From Octopus sinensis (taxonomy: Eukaryota), in the NCBI RefSeq assembly GCF_006345805.1, contig NC_042997.1, positions 195,796,001 to 195,860,000 on the forward strand: a DNA stretch of 64,000 bases, written 5' to 3'. This document shows, piece by piece, positions 49,705 to 61,807 of this stretch (position 1 is its first letter; each line of letters opens with the position of its first letter). Below the pieces are notes generated by a model that was given only the letters and a program-made list of their open reading frames with translations, did not search any database and was not told the origin of the DNA. Position numbers and translations under genes: made by a program.

Positions 49705-50014
49705 GTCTGGGAGAGTCATTTTCTTTTTGTGCCTTATTAATGTAAACACAAACACCGGTAAAATTTCCACTTATTTCTTATTTTTATTTTCTTAAAATTT
49801 TCGTTGCGTCTTGCAACCTTTTCAATAATCTTGACACAGTCGGTTATTTACACTGCGTTCCTTTTAATAGCGGACAGAGTCAAGACTATTGAAAATGTTG
49901 CAAGACGCAGCGAAAATTTTAGGATGATAAAAATAAGAAATCAGTGGAAATTTTACCGGTGAGTATGTTAAATTATAAGGCACAAAAAGAAAATTACTCT
50001 CCCCAGACACAACA
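49699..50014. repeat. Inverted repeat, ~143-bp arms, between (TA)n tracts
   Basis: 49699-49841 versus 49873-50014 (TGTTGTGTCTGGGAGAG... / ...CTCTCCCCAGACACAACA), roughly 85% similar by eye; ~31-nt spacer. Confidence 0.85.
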
Positions 50015-50101
50015 GAATATGCTTCAACACACGAACTCACATAAAGAATCTTGCAAACCAAATCCAAAAGCGAAATATACATAAATATATATACATATGC
50101 A

Positions 50102-50152
<51 letters not shown>

Positions 50153-50214
50153 ATTAATATATATATATATATATATATATATAGATAGATATATAAACAT
50201 ATATATATATAGAG

Positions 50215-50284
<70 letters not shown>

Positions 50285-50384
50285 TATATATATATAATAT
50301 AATAATATATATACACATATATATATACACATATATAATATATACACATATAATATATATATATACACACATATATATACCAAC

Positions 50385-50442
<58 letters not shown>

Positions 50443-50538
50443 CCATACAGATATGTACCGATCTTAACGCGGATGTCTTGTTAGAACACCGCATACTGCA
50501 TTATTCGCCTTGAGAGAGCCTCTCAAGTCTAATAGCAG

Positions 50539-50822
50539 AAGATCATCAGCGGGAAGCGCCCGGTCACCGCATGCCAATCAAATCTCGCTGCTACGATATA
50601 AAGCATATCAACGTCTTTGAGGACAATGATGTTGCAAATAGCCAACTTTCTTATTACTAATCAATTATTAACGACGAAAGCAGCATTAATACAGGAAAGG
50701 TAATTTTATATCCAAGTTAACAAGACACACTGAATACTGACAGATCTTCTTATAATGTACATATCATAGCAGTGAGATTTGATTGACATGCGCTGACCGG
50801 ACGCCTCCCACTGATGATTTCC
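50539..50822. repeat. Inverted repeat, ~62-bp arms, ~160-bp spacer
   Basis: ATCATCAGCGGGAAGCGCCCGGTCACCGCATGCCAATCAAATCTC... versus ...GAGATTTGATTGACATGCGCTGACCGGACGCCTCCCACTGATGAT. Confidence 0.8.
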
Positions 50823-50853
50823 ATTAGAATGAAATCACGTGATATGGGAGTCC
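50799..50853 (+). ncRNA. Type I hammerhead motif, canonical core
   Basis: Stem I (GGA-cgc-)CTCCCA/TGGGAG(TCC); CTGATGA 50811-50817; stem II TTTC-catta-GAAT (U.U at base); GAAA 50831-50834; palindromic ATCACGTGAT; AUA triplet (H17 at 50844). Confidence 0.75.
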
Positions 50854-51015
50854 TGGGGCCTATAGTAGACGATTATCGTCTGCTACAATCTATGTGTGCT
50901 TATGTGAGAAGATCCCTCCCGAGCTAATAATGACTATTTTAAGTTGGATATAACGATTATCTTTTGGTAGTAATTAATATCAATATATATATCAATATAT
51001 ATATATATTATATCA

Positions 51016-51069
<54 letters not shown>

Positions 51070-51190
51070 TATATATATAATTATATATATATATATATAT
51101 ATATATTAATGTAGGATAACATTTTTTCGAAAAAAAATTTTATCAATGGCCAGCATATTAAAAAATACCTTTAAATGTTTAAATTATATA

Positions 51191-51264
51191 CAACTTATAA
51201 ATAAGGGCAAACGAAAAAATATTTGGCATTTGAAACTTTTTCGTTTGCCCTTATTTATAAGTTG
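51191..51264. repeat. Hairpin with 28-bp perfect arms
   Basis: CAACTTATAAATAAGGGCAAACGAAAAA / TTTTTCGTTTGCCCTTATTTATAAGTTG with an 18-nt loop. Confidence 0.85.
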
Positions 51265-51319
51265 TTTATATATATGGGAAGTCATCTAAAAGTTTTTGTT
51301 CATCATGACGCTGACATAA

Positions 51320-51419
51320 GTTCCTTGTCTTTCGTGATGAGAAGGCGGCATAATGCACCCCTTATTCCTTCGAATTGGGAATATGCAGTCTTTGAAACAT
51401 ATGTCGAGAATAAAGGAAT
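51320..51419 (+). ncRNA. Hammerhead homolog of the 16.8-kb motif with C3G substitution (probably inactive)
   Basis: GTGATGA 51334-51340; stem II GAAGGCGGCA/TGCAGTCTTT; distal TATTCCT/GGGAATA; GAAA-CATATG-TC 51394-51405; stem I largely retained. Confidence 0.75.
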
Positions 51420-51463
51420 TTTGTTAAATCGTCGTTCAAACTCCATTCTTTCATTTATATATA

Positions 51464-51556
<93 letters not shown>

Positions 51557-51612
51557 GATAGTGAAGAGACAAGAGAGATGAGAGGGAGATTCGAAGTGAT
51601 GCCTGTTAAATA

Positions 51613-51747
51613 CGAGGGGTGTGTGCTGTAAATTTTCTGGTGTTGGATAAACGAAAATACGAAGGGATCAGTTAATTATGATTGTATTCAACACATCCCC
51701 TCTACAAGATTCACACATTTATTGCAGCAGTCCTTCAGTTTTTCTAA
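51613..51747 (-). mobile_element. Mariner right end running into the gap
   Basis: TA-CGAGGGG terminus; minus translation LEKLKDCCNKCVNLVEGMC resembles the mariner C-terminal KC...G.YVE. Confidence 0.6.
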
Positions 51748-51847
51748 NNNNNNNNNNNNNNNNNNNNNNNNNNNNNNNNNNNNNNNNNNNNNNNNNNNNN
51801 NNNNNNNNNNNNNNNNNNNNNNNNNNNNNNNNNNNNNNNNNNNNNNN
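51748..51847. other. Assembly gap (100 N)
   Basis: Run of N. Confidence 1.
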
Positions 51848-51954
51848 TGAAATGAAAAATATTTACCATCTAGTTCCTGGACCAATTGGTTTCTAATCAT
51901 CTTTTAGCGAGTCGTCTAATCATCTTTTAGCGAGTATATATATATATATATATA

Positions 51955-51989
<35 letters not shown>

Positions 51990-53187
51990 GGGGTAAACAC
52001 ATAAATGTGAAACAAGGTAGAAAAAAGGTACTCAATTACCAGAGGTAGAGTAATATGCTTTATTTAAAGCAGCAGAAAATTCAGCAAAATTTTGATTTTG
52101 ACTCTTGGACTAGTATATAAACGCGACGATGGATTTGTTTCGCGCTATGCAGATTTCATTCCGTATAGCAAAGTCTCATGCATATATTTTGTTTATTTTG
52201 TTTATATTTCTACATATACATTATTTCATGTTATTGTATTGTATAGGATTACCTTGATTTTTAATTTATAGATGATCCAAAATAGGGTGTTATATTTTAT
52301 ATGTCTTTCGTATATTTTTCATCATTGCACTCAACTTTTTTTAAAAAGCAATGTTGTCAAAAATTAGAATTTTGATGTAAATATATGTATAGCCATGGAT
52401 ATATATTTGTAAGCATGCGTCTCTGTGTATGTGTAAGTGAGCGTATGTTTGTGCTTAAGCACACACATACACGACTGTATGTGTATGTATCCATTCGAAC
52501 TTGTGTATTTGTATTCTTGTCTCCATATATGTCAATAACGCGGTTACACAGCTTGTATACATAACTTTTCTTATTTCGTTTTTTTCCCCACCCCTCCTTT
52601 TTCTTCTTTTTTCCTTCCCCCTTCTTCGTTCTTTTTCTCTCTCTTCCTTTCTTTCGTTTTTTTCTCTAACTGATACTGGTACATACAACTTTACGTCTCC
52701 CTCACTTAAGCTTTACTCCGTAAATAAGAAACGCTACATTAGCATCGATGATTTTAACTTGCGTGCGAGATAGATTGCGTACATATATGTATGCATGCAT
52801 TTGTATGTATATTTTATATTTATATTTATACGTCTGTATATATATGGCGTTTGCACGCATCCTTCTGTGTATGTTGATATATATGAACACTTTAATATGA
52901 ATATGTATTGCAGTGTAATATTTATAATGCGTTTTAATTTCCATGCATTAATTATATTTCCTTCATTAACGTCAATATGTATTTTATTCAACGTAAGGTT
53001 TTTTCCTCGAATTTTATAATTTTTATAATTTTTTATATATATATACATATATTTTTGAACTCATTTTTTTGTTTATCGCTCAAAGATTGACCGTTATTTC
53101 TGAAGGGCCAATCAAACAAATCCATTTTTTAAAGGTGTAGCGTTTGTAAGAGTCTGGATTGAATTGATATATCGGTTCCATTCTAGC

Positions 53188-53234
53188 AAAAACTGTCTGA
53201 TGAACGGCAACGAGAAACTCAGAGTAACAGATTT
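53188..53234 (+). ncRNA. Type I hammerhead motif, canonical core
   Basis: CTGT CTGATGA ACG gcaa CGA GAAA CTC a GAG TA ACAG. Stem I is CTGT/ACAG; the GNRA-capped stem II has A.A at its base; GUA triplet (H17 at 53226). Confidence 0.7.
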
Positions 53235-53549
53235 TGTTGAATTTTCTGCTGCTTTAAATAAAGGATAATATATATATATATATATTATATATATATATAT
53301 ATATATAAATATATAATATGAGGAATATTATTCCAAACTTATTATTTTTACTATTATCATTTCTTAATATAGCCAAGAAAACAAGTGTCGTTTATTCTAC
53401 CAATATATACGTTATATTTATTATTTTGCACGTTACTTAATTATCGTTATATGTTTCATCTTATATTTAATCTTTCTATAATATGTAATTTTCTGGATGG
53501 TATAATTTATTTTGCATTATTGAATTGATAAAAGGTGTTTTTTTTCTTC

Positions 53550-53584
<35 letters not shown>

Positions 53585-53631
53585 TAGCTATAAACATGTT
53601 TGCATACATATATTCTCTGTCCCCCCCCCCG

Positions 53632-53908
53632 TGCCACGCCTGGCTCATAAGGGCCGGTCTCCCGGTTTCCTTGGCGTACAAGTTCCTCACCTGGACGGAA
53701 CGTCTATCTGTCGCAGGTGAACTACTAGATGCAGGAAAGAAAGCTGTGTTGAAAGAGTCAGCAGAAGGACGCCATTAACTTCTCCCGGAGCCGTGTGGAG
53801 CTTAGGTGTTTCGCTTATAAACACACACATTTCCCGGTCAGAGATTCGAACTCGCGATCCCTTGACCGCGAATCCGCTGCTCTAACCACTAGGCCATGTG
53901 TCTCCACT
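53632..53908 (-). mobile_element. Family C head with a different (V-like) tail
   Basis: Tail GACGTTCCGTCCAGG...GGAAACCGGGAGACCGGCCCTTATGAGCC. Confidence 0.7.
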
Positions 53909-54519
53909 TCATATATATACAAAGTAGTAATTCTAAAGGCCATTTCACTGGTGTCTGCTGTGTAGAAAATTTCTTGCTTCAGGTAAGTATTTAAATGCAA
54001 AACTATCAGCACAATGGCGTCTTCCATAAGATCCACAGTTGCCTTACCGCCTAGTTATATCCTCTTCAGTCAGGGTACTAAAGAAATGTAACCTTGAGCT
54101 ATATATGCATATGTATGTATATATAAATATATATGTATATATGTATATATTTATGCATACATATATACATATGTATATATATATGTATGTGCATATATGC
54201 ATATATATGTATATATATATACGTATATATTTACTTATGTGTATACGTGAGTGTATTTACTCGTGTGTGTATCATGCTTTGCATAGACGTCTGTATCTTG
54301 CTTTACGTACGAATCTATTCACATAGTTATTTATGCTATGTACGTATATTTACGTGTATATGCACGTGTGTACCTGCGCATACCTGTTCCTATACATATA
54401 TATGTATATATTAGTCTATACGTGTGCGTATGCTGATGATTGTAGTTGTGTATTTATGTCCATATACTTGGATATGCTGGTCTGAGCGCGTATGTATATG
54501 TGCGTGTATATATATATAT

Positions 54520-54556
<37 letters not shown>

Positions 54557-54833
54557 TGTATATGTTTGCATACATGCGTCTAAGCACGAACACAAAAAAT
54601 TCGTCTATGTATTACCTTCCTTTTAGCTTCTACTTCCTTTTCTTTCTCTTAACAGTTACAACAACGGAAGCTGATTACGTCATTTTCTCTAAACTAGAAT
54701 GTATAATTTCCAGGTTCATATTTGAATTTTTGCGTCTCAATAATTTTTCTCTGATTTTACTCATTCTGGAATTTGATGGACATATAGCTGTACGTAAGCC
54801 GACTCAAGAAATCTCTAGTAAGAATTTTTATTG

Positions 54834-54875
54834 ACATACCTGAAGAGACACAGAACAGGTCGAAACATGTGTTGT
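54834..54875 (+). ncRNA. Degenerate hammerhead motif
   Basis: CTGAAGA GAC acagaacag GTC GAAA CATG TG. Core, stem II and palindromic ACATGT are present, but the triplet is GUG and stem I is poor. Confidence 0.45.
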
Positions 54876-55074
54876 ACCCAAAGATCTATTACACATGCCG
54901 TCTCTTATTTTATTAATACTGTTGCCACAACCGCCACTTCGAAGTTCCTGCAATAAATCTACAGATTACAACAAGTAATCGAAATTATGCTGGTGGTTTA
55001 CTCACCCCACCTATTTATACATTTTGTACAATCTCTCCATTATATATACATACATACATACATACACACATACA

Positions 55075-55114
<40 letters not shown>

Positions 55115-55164
55115 ACATATATATATATAATATATATATATATATATCTATATATATATATATA

Positions 55165-55345
55165 TTGGGAGAATCACCAAATAAACAAAACAAAAGACGA
55201 AAATAGATGGTGTAGACAACAAACAGATGTGTTAGTTTAATGCTCGGTAATTGAAAAAGTCTTTAATATTTCGAGCCTACGCTCTTCCACAGAAAAGAAC
55301 ACAGAAAGAAACAAGGAGAGAAAATAAAGGATGTGTAGTGTTTAG
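55165..55345 (-). repeat. Same module family, hammerhead-like fold (55261-55297)
   Basis: Minus: TTTT CTGTGGA A GAGC gtag GCTC GAAA TA TT AAAG; abuts (TA)n. Confidence 0.55.
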
Positions 55346-56077
55346 CCATCTATATATTTTCTTGTGTGCTATCTACAGAGAACACAATTGTTCTGCACCA
55401 ATCGCATAACAGTTTCTTTTAAAATAGTATAACTGGAATTTTGTTATTAGTTCGAATATGCTCGAGGCAGGCTCGAACGAAGAAACAAGTCATTCACTGT
55501 GTTTTGTGATGGAGAAGATTTCTTGCTATAGACAAATGGTATGAATACACCTATATCAGTTCGTAATGCCGCCTACCTAGACTGTGAGATGCCAACATTT
55601 CGCAGTTGTCCTCTCTTCGGTCACAGACACTAGGCAGGTGACACTGTTAACTGTATAAAGAGATTGTCTGTCATATGCTGTTTCAGTTACCATACAATGA
55701 CTGATAAACGCCATGCGAAGGCTCACTGTAAGTAAGATGCGGTTTGAAAACACTAAATAGTTAAAGGGGTAATCTGGACTAAATAAGGAGTTGGGAGGGA
55801 GAGGTAGAATATTTAATGTAGTGAACCGAGAAATTTAATTCATTTATATTTCACTAAGATTGAGAACGTATAATCATTAATTCACTTATTAAATCTGCAG
55901 AATGGCACGAAGCACAGCTCTGGAACTAGAATTAATGAAATATAAGATGCGTTAGGGAGTGACTCTTGTCTCTTGTAACATGTATACATACAAAACTACA
56001 CGCCTGCACACACATGCATGCATACATAGATTCAAATACATATACATGCATACAAATATATATGTGTGTGTGTGTGT

Positions 56078-56371
56078 GGAGGCGCAATGGCCCAGTGGTT
56101 AGGGCAGCGTATTCGCGATTGTAGGTTTCCCAGGCCGTTGTGAGTGTTTATTAAGCGGAAACACCTAAAACTCCACGATGCTCCGGTAGGGGGTGCTGGT
56201 AATCCCTGCTGTATTCTTTCGCCACAAGTTTCTCTCACTCTTTCTTCTGTTGGCCTGGTCGCTTAGCCAGCGGGGTGGTGTCATTTGAAGGCTAAAGCAA
56301 TGCGAAGCGCGTTGTGACCAGCGGTGTGTAACAACATCTGATAGCCTGGTCAGTCACGGTGATCACAGTGA
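56078..56371 (+). mobile_element. Family C head with a third tail type
   Basis: Tail GGCCTGGTCGCTTAGCCAGCGGGG...CACGGTGATCACAGTGAT. Confidence 0.75.
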
Positions 56372-56380
56372 TATATATAT

Positions 56381-57172
56381 AGGCGCAGGAGTGGCTGTGT
56401 GGTAAGTAGCTTGTTTACCAACCACATGGTTCCGGGTTCAGTCCCACTATGTGGCATCTTGGGCTAAATTAAGTGGATGTAGATAAACTCCATTTAGTTA
56501 CATCTCTTTTCTCTTAATATTTATCAATATAGATATATGCACCGTAATAAACTTCGTTGTGTATTCATATGTCACGCTAATTTGTAATAGCAGGCGGAAG
56601 ACAGACGGAAAAAGATGTACAAAGGAACTTATATGTAATTGTAACAAGGAAACTTTAAACAAAAATTCCCTTTCAATTCTGGTGTTTCTAAGCTGCGGTA
56701 CGTTGATCTCATTAAAATTTCAAACAGAAGAAGCCTATACTTCATGAAAAGTACATATATTTCCTGCACGCGTGCAGACACACACGTAAAATCGAATATA
56801 CATTACAGGCGCAACCACATGGTTCTGGGTTCAGTCCCATTGCGTGGCAACTTGGGCAAGTGTCTTCTACTCTAGCCTCGGGCCGACCCAAGCCTTGTGA
56901 GTGGATTTGGTAGACGGAAACAGAAAGAAGCTCGTCGTATATATGTATATGTATATATGTGTGTGTGTTTTTGCGTGTCTGTTTTTGTCCACCAAACATC
57001 GCTTGACAACCGATGCTGGTGTGTTTATGCCCCCGTAACTTAGCGGTTCGGCAAAAGAAACCGATAGAATAAATACTAGGCTTACAAACAACAAGTCCTA
57101 GGGTCGATCTGCTCGACTAAAGCTGGTACTCCAGCATGGCCACCGCCAAATGACTGAAACAAGTAAAAGAGA
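56381..57172 (+). mobile_element. SINE family B split into 56381-56462 and 56811-57172
   Basis: Head fragment, ~350 bp of unrelated DNA, then the remainder with a partial overlap. Confidence 0.7.
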
Positions 57173-57530
57173 GTATACCTTAACAATGCGAATTTAATGG
57201 AACGTTGTTGCTACTCGTAGTTTCTCTCAAGCTGCAAGAATAATTTAGGTTTAATTATTGTTGTTCTTTAATTCCTGAGTGTCTCTTTTCAACCAAACCT
57301 ACGGTTAAATACTCTCATCCATGTCCATCCATTTCTGCTTTAATCGTTTGTGTCTTATATAAGTTTTTTTTATTTCTTATGATCCGATTTAAACGTGTTA
57401 CAAATCATTATATATTTCAGCATGTGATTGCTGCAAAATTATACATTTTCAAGACTGACATTTTTACTTATGCAAAAGTTAGATCTTAAAGCCTGCCATT
57501 GAACGCACGTTATTACATTATGAATATGCT

Positions 57531-57762
57531 AAGGCGGCGAGCTGGCAGAAACGTTAGCACGCCGGGCGCAATGCGTAGCCTTATTTCGTCTGCCGTTACG
57601 TTGTGAGTTCAAATTCCGCGGAGGTTGACTTTGCCTTTCATCCTTTCAGCGTCGTTAAATTAATTACCAGTTACACACTGGGGTCGATGTAATCGACTTA
57701 ATCCGTTTGTCTGTCCTTGTTTGTCCCGTCTATGTTTAGCCCCTTGTGGGCAATAAAGAAAT
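57531..57762 (+). mobile_element. SINE family A
   Basis: Full length; flanking CATTATGAATAT repeat. Confidence 0.85.
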
Positions 57763-58034
57763 ATGCATTATGAATATATTTCAAACGATTTTATAAAAAC
57801 ACAACTCGAATTACCTATCAGTTCATTTACTGTTCCTGCTGTATTATTGTCGATGTCTCTGTATCAATTCTCCTCCATGTAATATGTTACAGTTCCTTGT
57901 GATAGAGGAATCGGTTACAATCCACTTTAGAAGCGGTCTATACGATCAAGCATAGCTCAGTGCTAACAATGAATAAATACAATAACCAGCAAACAACGTG
58001 TGATTTCGAGAAATATATGAAATACAGTCGTGAT

Positions 58035-58333
58035 ACTCCGTCAGTTACGACAAGGAGAGTTCAACTTGATTCGATCGGCGGATTAATTGTGAAATTAATT
58101 AATGTACAAGTGGCTGAGCACTCTACAGACAAGTATACTCTACACGTAGTTTTTTGGGAGATTCAGCGTGATACATAGTATGCCAAGGCTGGCCTAATGA
58201 AGTACAGGTACAACAAAATCGGAAAGAAAGAGTGAGAGAAAATTGTGGTGAAAGAGAACAGCAGGGTTCGCTGGTGTTTTAGCTCAATAAACACTCACAA
58301 CGCTCGGTCTGGAAATCGAAACTGCGAGTCCGT
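58035..58333 (-). mobile_element. Diverged SINE family C
   Basis: Body and tail recognisable. Confidence 0.75.
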
Positions 58334-58354
58334 TGCACATCCAGCAATGAAATA

Positions 58355-58570
58355 CAGTAATCTCTTGCTATATCACGGTTCACCTATCGCGGTTTATTAT
58401 TTAAGCCTACGTCAATTCCTCTGAGGTGCTGTTTTGCATTTGTAATAAAATAAATATATAAAAATTAAAAAATGATAAAAAAAAATATACAGTACTGTTT
58501 CTGCTTCGCGGATTTTCACCTATTGCTGGTGGTTTTGGAACTAACACCCGCGATAGTCAAGGGATTACAG
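58355..58570. mobile_element. Tigger/pogo-like MITE (216 bp)
   Basis: TA|CAGTAATCTCTTGCTATATCACGG ... CCGCGATAGTCAAGGGATTACAG|TA imperfect TIRs. Confidence 0.65.
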
Positions 58571-59038
58571 TAAATTACAGTAAATTATTATCGAAGTGTT
58601 CGACAGCTTACGGACTGATTAATAATAAATGATTGTTGTATTTAAATGCTGGTGCTTTGGCTTCCAATCATGAAATTAAGTGCCAGAATTCAGTATTATC
58701 TTTGTATATTTGAATATTAATAATATTTTGTTGATTCCTGATTATCAGCACAAGAAATCTTACTGTTCTGCATTTATTAAATATTCGTTGGAAGAGGCGC
58801 TTACGCGTATAGACATTTTGCGGTATTCATACGACTTGGGTGAATATCTGGCATGTTTTGTCGTTCTAAATTTACATATATCCTTTTACTTTGAAATCAT
58901 TTGAAATAAAACAAATTTCTGTAAGAGAATTATTGAATAAAATTTTACAAACGTAAAATAGGAACTCAAACAATAATGCCTAATGAAACAATGCGACAGA
59001 CCCTGCTTAAATCAGAATATCTTTCGTTTTCTTGACAG

Positions 59039-59119
59039 AAGAGACATATCTAAAATGGCGTTTCAGATCACCTTCCGGTTCAAGTAGAGAAAATGGAAAA
59101 GGCGTTGATCCGAAGAAAG
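59039..59119 (+). CDS. Weak candidate 81-nt symmetric (phase 1-1) coding exon, unknown product
   Basis: Acceptor TCTTTCGTTTTCTTGACAG, donor AAG|GTGAGG; one open frame ETYLKWRFRSPSGSSRENGKGVDPKK; locally GC-richer, non-repetitive. Confidence 0.25.
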
Positions 59120-60126
59120 GTGAGGGAGATATTCCGGAACAGCCACTTTGATTCAAGAGTCTCCCACAATAGTCGTCTCTGCCCCGATAGCGGTAAGCAG
59201 GGTTATGGACTAGGGGCTCAGAACGCCAGGGATCTCCATTGCCACAGGCTGTCTGTCGTCAGTGTGTGCTGAAACATTAAATATTAGCACCCCACCGGGA
59301 AAAGTAAATGTACACAAAATTCAAGCCTGGAGTTGGTTATAAAAAATACCCCCGACTCTTCAAATTAACAGTACTTTAAAGAAATATATTACAAGTGAGA
59401 AGTAATAAATAACCTACTTCCTAAAACTATGCACGAACTTACAGAGTATGAATGCATTAATGGAATTTTAACATGAAATTATTTATATTGCTTTTGGGAA
59501 TAAAATATGAGTCAAAATAGAATAGCTATTGAGATGTAGAAGAAATTCCTGGGAAATTTTCCCAGGAAAAAATATATAATTGAAAAATATATTTGATATT
59601 TGTTAACAAATTTACATATTAATTTTGTGTGATTTCCAAACATCATCCTATTTTATTTTTAATTTTTATATTTTCTTAACTTTTGATCAAGTTTGGAAAT
59701 TAATTGGCACATATAACATGTGTTATGTAAATATCGGATTCTTAAAATAAGCATAGCATTTTCGTTTGTAAATTTATAAGATAATTACATTCTTTTCTAA
59801 ACATATTCATTATTTTGGGATGCTGGGCAACACGTATTGTAGTTCAAGATAATTTCAGTAACACACACAAACACACACACACACATATGATAAATAATGA
59901 CGCAATTCCATTAAAATACTGTCAGAAATAGAAATATTTCATTTTGTTAAACAGAAAAAAAAATCTCCCATGGAGGGAAATAGATATCTATATCATGATG
60001 AGATGTACTGTAAAGGGAGAAATTAATGTTCAGTTAGTTGATATACTGATAGAATATAGTAATGTCACAGAAACAATTATTAATGTACATACATACATAC
60101 ATACATACATACATACATACATACAT

Positions 60127-60175
<49 letters not shown>

Positions 60176-60198
60176 ATGTTTGTGTGTATATATGTATC

Positions 60199-60229
<31 letters not shown>

Positions 60230-60258
60230 GTGTATACAGTAAATATGTAATACATACA

Positions 60259-60290
<32 letters not shown>

Positions 60291-60399
60291 AATAGATATG
60301 TATGTATATATGTATATAGTAACGATTGTTTTTATGTAAAACTGAAAGTATTTTGGTTTCTCCTGTCTACAACTATATTACCATGACTATCATCAGCAC

Positions 60400-60515
60400 C
60401 AATAATAATAGCAATAATAATAATATAATAATAATAATAATGATAATAATAATAATAATAATATAATAATAATAATAATGAAAATAATAATAATAATAAT
60501 AATAATAATATAATA

Positions 60516-60557
<42 letters not shown>

Positions 60558-60560
60558 TAA
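60400..60560. repeat. (AAT)n microsatellite
   Basis: Directly visible. Confidence 0.95.
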
Positions 60561-60609
60561 TACTGTCAAGTAGAACCCGAAAGTTGTATAGAAGAACAGA
60601 ACACAATAA

Positions 60610-60800
60610 ATCAGGCGTAGTAGTTACTCACTAGAAAAAGATCCTATTTACTCTAATCGATGTGACCTGTCCATTTGATATCTTACTAAAAGGAAAGAAA
60701 AAGAGAAAAGCAGAGCACGATATCTGCTATCAAGAAATACTCAAGTGCTGCTAGAGAGAAGTTAAAAGGTCATAATATTGCCGATTGTTACTCGAGAACT
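60610..60800 (+). pseudogene. Possible R4/Dong-like REL endonuclease relic next to (AAT)n
   Basis: LIDVTCPFD at 60653-60679, then K-rich segment and VIILPIV after a frameshift. Confidence 0.45.
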
Positions 60801-61807
60801 TTACCAAAACCCTAAAAGCAAACCGTGATGAAATTGATCTTATAGTGTGAGGAGATGATATGGAAATGAAGTTCTTAATTCAGTATAAAAAACATGTATG
60901 TGGAGCAGAAGAAAAAAAAACGTTTTTACAAAGAGAATAGCATATCCTAAACCACGATATATGGTTCGATAAGAAACATGATTATATCGGACGAAACACC
61001 AATTCCGTGAAGCAACAGACAATAATATAATTTTTTCTAAATGTATACGTTCTGGCATCAGTTTTAATCGGTGCCCCTGAATGGCTGCAGTCCAATGACT
61101 GGAGCAAGAGACAGTTAAAAGTTATTAACTGACTTTTGTCGGCTTTGTTCACTGTGCAAAATGTTGTTTTTCCGACGACACGGAGGCGGATAAAATGTTG
61201 TAGAGACTTGTATGATAATGAGATGGACACAGTCATGAGAAAAATGCGTAGTCTACCTGATACACAGACCAAGGTTATTCGTCAATATAATAAACAAATA
61301 TTTGAACGAAAATGTCAGCATTCTTTAAAGATATCACAATTCGTTGTTGAAACTATTGCCCTGAAGGACTTCGAAAAATTGTTGAAACACAAAGTTTTTG
61401 AAAATGATACATGCAGGCTGTGGAGAGTGAAAACGAAAAGTAGAACATTTGTTAATGAAATATAGGTGAAGGTCAAACCACCCCAAGTGTAACAACAACG
61501 TTATACTCAAGTCAATGATAGCCCAGTATATAGTAGTTTATATTTCACGCAAGGTTATTTTCGTTAATATATATATCCTCATAGCCAAAGTAATGTATGT
61601 TGAAATTAATGAACATACCTCGTACATCGCATTCTTTTACGTCTCACACAAAAATACTCTCCGAAATCATCAAACAATTATTTCCCATTCACCAATAAAA
61701 TATTGCTACAGATTCTAAGTTTAACAATTGCACAGTACTACTACAATTCCAAAACCTTATATAACTTACATTTCACTTTGTAACGCCTATAATTATGGCA
61801 GAGAAGT

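Noticed and set aside
49885-49925. GTTGC-aagac-GCAGC-GAAAATTTT as a hammerhead
   Set aside because: No CUGANGA-like core and no stem I.
49864-50494. YI/IY-rich ORFs here and at many other (TA)n tracts
   Set aside because: Dinucleotide repeat artefacts.
55687-55727. 41-nt exon candidate with ATG and GTAAGT donor
   Set aside because: Such sites are expected by chance many times in 64 kb; splicing it to 59039 would create an immediate TAA.
57810-57950. Minus-strand exon candidate ending AG|GTAATT
   Set aside because: All three frames contain stops before the donor.
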